Assembly: GCA_026413865.1 (NCBI GenBank)
Contig: JAOAKB010000002.1
Location: 18,206-82,205, forward strand
Direction: 5' to 3'
From: Nitrososphaeria archaeon
GTDB taxonomy: Archaea; Thermoproteota; Nitrososphaeria; JACIWG01
Length of the DNA: 64,000 nucleotides
Below are positions 58,798-64,000 of the stretch, piece by piece. The notes beneath the pieces are model-generated. The model did no database searches. It was given only the letters and a program-made list of their open reading frames with translations, and had not been told where the DNA came from. Each line of letters opens with the position of its first letter. Position 1 is the first letter of the stretch. Position numbers and translations under genes: made by a program.

Positions 58798-59080
58798 CAA
58801 CGAGTGTTGGGATATAGGCCATAATCCTTTAACAATTCATAATACTTAGCATTTCTAGTAAGATCATTTTCATTCTCTAAAATATTCTTAAGCCCATTCC
58901 CTAACCTTAGTATCAGTATATTCTAGTTTTAGAAAACTCTTTATCCTCTTTCTATAAACTAACCCTATTTTCAGCAACAGCCATATTTGTCAATCCATCT
59001 AAAGATGTAATCCAAGTCTTGTTATCTTTAATTTTCTTTAACTTTTTTAGTTTTTACACTAAATGATGTTGTGCATACAT
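58794..59080 (-). pseudogene. Possible degraded small ORF
   Basis: Protein-like segments in shifted frames (KRIKSFLKLEYTDTKVREW / LKNILENENDLTRNAKYYELLKDYGLYP) with internal stops. Confidence 0.3.
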
Positions 59081-59140
59081 ATTATAAAAAAATAAACGAT
59101 ATATATGTACTAGAAACAAAAATATTGAAGAGCATAAGAG

Positions 59141-62100
59141 ATGAAAGCCATTTTCTTAAAACTTTGCCCAAACTGTGGAGGTGATATAAGCGATTACAGA
59201 CTCTCTTTAAAAGTTCCATGTGAAAAATGTTTACCTTTATCCGATGAAAAAATTTTAGAAATTGTAAGTGACAAGAAGAATGTACAGTTATATATTTTGG
59301 AACTTTTAAAGAACTCAGATTCATTAAAAAACTTACGCAGTCTATATGAAATTGAAATTCAGTTAGAGGAATTAAATAATTTATTTCACAGGGCTACAGG
59401 GAGTAGGCTTTGGAGTGCACAAAGAACTTGGGCTAAAAGGATATTTTCTGGAAAAAATTTTGCAATTATAGCACCAACAGGAATGGGAAAAAGTGTTTTT
59501 GGAATAATCCTCTCACTCTACTATGCTTTGAAAAACAGGAAATGTTACATAATTGTTCCAACTGCAATTTTAGCAGAACAAACTTATCAGAGAATGATAA
59601 TATTTTTAGAAAAAATTGGTACACAAATAAAAATTTCACGATACCATTCAATGTTAAGTGAAAAGGAAAGGGAGCTAGAAAAAGAAACAATTATTAGCAG
59701 ACAATATCATATATTAGTTACAACATCAGCTTTTCTTTCAAAAAATTTTGAAATGATAAATGGAGATGTTTTTGATTTGATCGTAGTAGATGATGTTGAT
59801 GCACTATTAAAGTCTTCAAAAAATGTTGACAAGGTACTATGTTTAGCTGGTTTTTCAGAAGAAATAATAGCACAGGGGCTTAGACTAATTGAGCTTAGAA
59901 GAAAATATCAAAAGAATTTGAGGAAAGGTGAAAATGTAACAGAACTAATAGATGAAATATGGAATATAAGAAAGAGAATAGAAAATTATATGAATACAAA
60001 GAAAATTGGGAACATAATTGTATCAGGTGCATCTCCACGAGCGAAGAGGACAAAAAGGATAAAATTGTTTAAGGAGCTTATGGGCTTCGAAATCGGATCT
60101 AGAATAGAATTTATAAGGAACATAGAAGACCTTTTTATTCAAAAAGTGGATAATATTGAAGAAAAGGTTGTGCAACTTGTTAAGATTCTTGGCTCTGGCG
60201 GAATCATATTTGTGCCCATGGATAAGGGTCTAGAGTTTGCTGAGAAATTATATAAAAAATTATCAAAGGAAAAAATTAGTGTTTCATTATATGATAGAAC
60301 TAAAGCTAAAATTTTAGAAGATTTTTCTTCAGGCAAGATTGAACTTTTGATTGGAATCGCATCCTACAGAAGCCCTCTTGCAAGAGGAATAGATTTACCA
60401 CATATAATAAGATATGCTATATTTGCTGGAGTACCAAAATTTAAGATAAGTCTAGACATGGAAAAGGACTTTACTCCAACTAGGGCTATAATATTACTTT
60501 CAAATTTAAAAGAACTTGTAAGAGAAGAAGAACAAGCAATTATTGAAAAATATGTTACAGAATTAAGAAGTATAGTGCAGCAAATACCATCAAGTGATAT
60601 CAAGGAAATTTTAGACTCAATATACAATAATTTAAAGCTTGAAGGATACAAAGGCATAATTAAAGAAAAACTTGAAAAAATTAGAGAGTTTCTTATAAAA
60701 CTTTTGTCTATGGAAGAGATTATAGAAAAAATTAGATCATCACCTAATATAACAATAAGTTCGGAAAGGGACAGACCATTCTTAGTTATACCCGATACCA
60801 TCGGATATATACAGGCTTCTGGAAGAACATCAAGAATGTTTGTTGGAGGTATATCAAAAGGAATATCTGTCACAATTGTTGATGATGAAAAAGCATTTAA
60901 TGGACTAGTTAGAGAATCCAGACTATTTTCTGAAGAAATAGAGTGGAAAAATTTTGATGAAGTAAACTTAAATCAAATTTTAGAGGAAGTTGATAGAGAT
61001 CGGGCTACAATAAAAATGCTTATGGCAGGTACTATAAGCCCACAATTTAAAGACCCTATAACAACAGCACTTTTAGTGGTAGAATCACCAAATAAGGTTA
61101 AAACGATTGCAAGATTTTTTGGGAAACCAAGTAAAAGAACAGTTAACGGATTAACAGTTTATGAAGTGAGTACGGGTGATTATATTCTTAACATAACTGC
61201 AAGTGGGGGACACCTATTTGACCTACCAACCCATTTAGAAAAGAATAGTATTCATGGAGTAATAAGATTAGATGATAAATTTGTACCAGTATATATTACA
61301 ATAAAAATATGCAGAAAATGTAAGAAAACTTTCGCAAAACCTTTAGAAAAATGTCCTTACTGCCAAACAGAGGTAATAGATAAAGCAAATACAATAGAGG
61401 CGTTAAGAAAACTTGCTTTAGAAACAGACCAAGTATTGATTGGTACAGACGCAGATGCTGAAGGAGAAAAGATAGGATGGGATATATCCACAGCACTCTC
61501 GCCATATACACCAAAAATAAAACGAATAGAATTTCATGAAATAACAAAAAGAGCTTTAGTGAATGGATTAAGAAACATGAGAGACATGGATATGAAGCTT
61601 GTAGAAGCACAGATGGTTAGAAGAGTAGAGGACCGTTGGCTAGGTTTCGAGTTAAGTGCAAAACTTTGGGACAGATTTAATGATAAGACGCTTTCAGCAG
61701 GAAGAGTACAAACACCTGTTCTAGGATGGATTATTAACAGAACAAACGAATCCAGAAAAAGTTTCCAGACATTTTTTGAAATAATATTAAAAAACGGACT
61801 AAAATTTATTATAAAAATACCAATAGTAGAAGACAGTGTAGTCAGGGAAGAAATTGATAAACTGCTTAAAACAAAATATTATATAAAATGCTTGTCTAAG
61901 GAGGAGATAGAAATTCATCCACTTCCACCATATTCTACGGACACATTACTTCAAGAGGCAGCGATTACATTAAAATTTACTGTACAGAAGACAATGAATA
62001 TTGCACAAGATCTATTCGAACTAGGACTAATAACATACCATAGAACAGACAGTATAAGAGTTTCACCTACTGGACAGAATGTGGCAAAAGAGTATATTAT

Positions 62101-62806
62101 TGACAAATTTAATAAAACATTCTTCAAACCAAGAGAATGGTCAAAAGAAGGCGCTCATGAATGCATTAGGCCAACAAGACCAATTGATGCAGTAAGATTA
62201 AAGCATATGCTTACTTTAGGAAGTATAAAACTTGCGAAAAAGATCACTCAAGAACACTTTCAACTGTATGAACAAATATTTAGAAGATTTATAGCAAGCC
62301 AAATGAAACAAGCAAAAGTGTTAAAAGAAAGGTATGAAATTAGATTCAACAATAATATTGAGTTTATTGAAGGATACACAAAGATAATAGAAGAAGGATT
62401 CAATTTGATCCAAAAAATAAATCTTATTCCAGAATTGCAGGGAGGAGAAGTTAGGGCTATAAATGTGAAAAGTTGGAAAGCACCAACAATACCACTCTTA
62501 AAACAAGCTGATGTAATAAAGCTGATGAAGCTAAAGGATATAGGTAGGCCGTCAACATATGCAAAAATTGTCACAACCCTCTTCCAAAGAGGATATGTAC
62601 AGGAAAACGATAGGAAGGATATAATTCCAACAAAAAAAGGATACCAAGTGTACTTTTATCTAAACAAAAGATTCTATGAATTTATTTCAGAAGAGACTAC
62701 ACAAAGATTAAAGAAGACCATGGATTCAATAGAAGAAGGTAAAGTAGACTATCAACAAATACTTAATAATCTTTACAAAGAAATACTAACTATAAGAGGA
62801 CAGTGA
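59141..62806 (+). CDS. rgy: Reverse gyrase
   Basis: N-terminal Zn finger CPNC..CEKC, APTGMGKS, DDVD, QASGRTSR, VESPNK, second Zn finger, GRVQTP, GLITYHRTDS, GRPSTY. Confidence 0.98.
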   Translation: MKAIFLKLCPNCGGDISDYRLSLKVPCEKCLPLSDEKILEIVSDKKNVQLYILELLKNSDSLKNLRSLYEIEIQLEELNNLFHRATGSRLWSAQRTWAKRIFSGKNFAIIAPTGMGKSVFGIILSLYYALKNRKCYIIVPTAILAEQTYQRMIIFLEKIGTQIKISRYHSMLSEKERELEKETIISRQYHILVTTSAFLSKNFEMINGDVFDLIVVDDVDALLKSSKNVDKVLCLAGFSEEIIAQGLRLIELRRKYQKNLRKGENVTELIDEIWNIRKRIENYMNTKKIGNIIVSGASPRAKRTKRIKLFKELMGFEIGSRIEFIRNIEDLFIQKVDNIEEKVVQLVKILGSGGIIFVPMDKGLEFAEKLYKKLSKEKISVSLYDRTKAKILEDFSSGKIELLIGIASYRSPLARGIDLPHIIRYAIFAGVPKFKISLDMEKDFTPTRAIILLSNLKELVREEEQAIIEKYVTELRSIVQQIPSSDIKEILDSIYNNLKLEGYKGIIKEKLEKIREFLIKLLSMEEIIEKIRSSPNITISSERDRPFLVIPDTIGYIQASGRTSRMFVGGISKGISVTIVDDEKAFNGLVRESRLFSEEIEWKNFDEVNLNQILEEVDRDRATIKMLMAGTISPQFKDPITTALLVVESPNKVKTIARFFGKPSKRTVNGLTVYEVSTGDYILNITASGGHLFDLPTHLEKNSIHGVIRLDDKFVPVYITIKICRKCKKTFAKPLEKCPYCQTEVIDKANTIEALRKLALETDQVLIGTDADAEGEKIGWDISTALSPYTPKIKRIEFHEITKRALVNGLRNMRDMDMKLVEAQMVRRVEDRWLGFELSAKLWDRFNDKTLSAGRVQTPVLGWIINRTNESRKSFQTFFEIILKNGLKFIIKIPIVEDSVVREEIDKLLKTKYYIKCLSKEEIEIHPLPPYSTDTLLQEAAITLKFTVQKTMNIAQDLFELGLITYHRTDSIRVSPTGQNVAKEYIIDKFNKTFFKPREWSKEGAHECIRPTRPIDAVRLKHMLTLGSIKLAKKITQEHFQLYEQIFRRFIASQMKQAKVLKERYEIRFNNNIEFIEGYTKIIEEGFNLIQKINLIPELQGGEVRAINVKSWKAPTIPLLKQADVIKLMKLKDIGRPSTYAKIVTTLFQRGYVQENDRKDIIPTKKGYQVYFYLNKRFYEFISEETTQRLKKTMDSIEEGKVDYQQILNNLYKEILTIRGQ

Positions 62807-62837
62807 TGATACATTAAAATTCTTTTGGGTGCACATT

Positions 62838-64000
62838 ATGAAGCTTAAAAGCCTTAAAATAAATGAAATAGAATTTTTAAGAAAAATAGAGTTTAATCCC
62901 TTCACTAAAAAATACAAGAAGGGAATGAAAAAAGTCGCGCTAGTATATCCAAACAGATATGTTGGAGGAATATCTAATATTGGACTTCAAATAATATATT
63001 CAAAGGTTTTCGAACATAATGCGTACTGTGAAAGATTTTATTATGATGTCTTTGATGGAATAAGGAGCTTTGAAAATGCAACACCCTTACAAAAGTTTGA
63101 TATTGCACTATTCAGTTTACAATATGAACTAGATTATTTTAGAGCAATAGAAATTTTAAAGAAGGGTGACTTTAAAGGCTTAAAGATTGCAGGCGGCCCA
63201 GCCGTTATGATAAACCCAAAACCTTTAACAGGATACTTTGACGCATTTTTTATAGGAGAAGTTGAGGAAAAGGTTGAAGAAATAATTGAAGCTAAATCTA
63301 AGGAAGAGCTTTCTGGAATAGAAGGCGTATATACTGGAAAGGAAGATAAAGTTAAAAGAGTTAAAGCAAAAATTGGCGCTCACCTACCTACAGAAATAGT
63401 TGGAAATGGAGTTTATGGCAGATGTTTTATCCTAGAAATAGGGAGAGGCTGTATAAGAAAATGCAGGTTTTGTGTTGTGAGAACACTCTATTCACCACCA
63501 AGATGGAGAAAAATAGATGATATGCCGGAAGTAAAAGGTGTTGAAAAGGTTGTTTTAGTAGCACCATCTCCAACCGATAACCCAAATTTTCTTGAGATGC
63601 TAGAATACTATGTAGAAAAAGGCTTTAAAGTTTCACCATCCTCTATAAGAGCCGACACTGTTGACGAAAAGCTTGTTAACCTTCTACATGAAGGAGGACT
63701 AAAAACGTTGACCTTGGCACCTGAAACAGCGTCTGAACATCTGCAGGAATTAATATGCAAGAATATTACTTCAACTGACATTCTTAATGCAGCAAAGTTA
63801 TCGTCAAAAAAGTTTAACAAAATAAAATTGTATTTTATGATAGGACTTCCATATGAAACAATGGACGACGTTAAAGGAATAGTGGATTTAGCTAATAAAG
63901 TTAAAGAAATAGTTGGTGTAGTAAAGATTTCAGTAAATCCACTTGTTCCTAAGCCGCATACACCTTTCCAATGGCTTCCCTTTGGTGGGCTTCAAAATAT
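62838..64000 (+). CDS. Radical SAM protein with B12-binding-like N-terminal domain (partial, runs off the window)
   Basis: Manual translation: VALVYPN.Y..G.SN.G, FSLQYELD, AGGP, GRGCIRKCRFC (CxxxCxxC), LAPE, YFMIGLP, PKPHTPFQ. Confidence 0.9.
   Translation, partial: MKLKSLKINEIEFLRKIEFNPFTKKYKKGMKKVALVYPNRYVGGISNIGLQIIYSKVFEHNAYCERFYYDVFDGIRSFENATPLQKFDIALFSLQYELDYFRAIEILKKGDFKGLKIAGGPAVMINPKPLTGYFDAFFIGEVEEKVEEIIEAKSKEELSGIEGVYTGKEDKVKRVKAKIGAHLPTEIVGNGVYGRCFILEIGRGCIRKCRFCVVRTLYSPPRWRKIDDMPEVKGVEKVVLVAPSPTDNPNFLEMLEYYVEKGFKVSPSSIRADTVDEKLVNLLHEGGLKTLTLAPETASEHLQELICKNITSTDILNAAKLSSKKFNKIKLYFMIGLPYETMDDVKGIVDLANKVKEIVGVVKISVNPLVPKPHTPFQWLPFGGLQN

Noticed and set aside
59141-62806. Intein in reverse gyrase
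   Set aside because: Length is typical and no intein splice or LAGLIDADG motifs are visible.
282-63820. Many short antisense or alternative-frame ORFs in the track (e.g. 282-575, 6341-6739, 18752-19462, 60364-60873, 63608-63820)
   Set aside because: They lie within well-supported genes and have no recognisable motifs, so they are treated as shadow ORFs.
1-64000. rRNA, tRNA, CRISPR array, transposase or integrase
   Set aside because: By eye I found no GC-rich structured island, no regularly spaced direct repeats and no ORF with such motifs. Short sRNAs could have been missed.

Overview
AT-rich, gene-dense 64-kb chromosomal segment of a thermophilic archaeon. Archaeal evidence: TATA-box promoters, GGTGA Shine-Dalgarno motifs, GPN-loop GTPase, PAC2 chaperone, PhoU-AbrB regulator. 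An intact reverse gyrase indicates a (hyper)thermophile. A Thermoproteota/TACK lineage is my inference only. Core content: a his operon (hisG-D-HAD-B-H-A-F-I), a tungstate ABC transporter (tupABC) with a ModE-like regulator, a Re-citrate-synthase-like enzyme with a two-subunit aconitase-family hydro-lyase, class II HMG-CoA reductase, a corrinoid protein/methyltransferase/MFS cluster, a split polyamine ABC transporter, an Ig-repeat surface protein and a decaying VapBC module next to an archaeo-eukaryotic primase (AEP) fusion protein. I saw no rRNA, tRNA, CRISPR array or transposase. Most notable features absent from the ORF track: a 32-aa ultra-acidic micro-ORF (MEEEFEEEF...WEEEEEF) with its own TATA box and T-rich terminator, a ModE-type palindrome over the tupA start, and a perfect 17-bp inverted repeat upstream of a GltD-like gene. 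All family calls come from motif recognition by eye; no database search was run.
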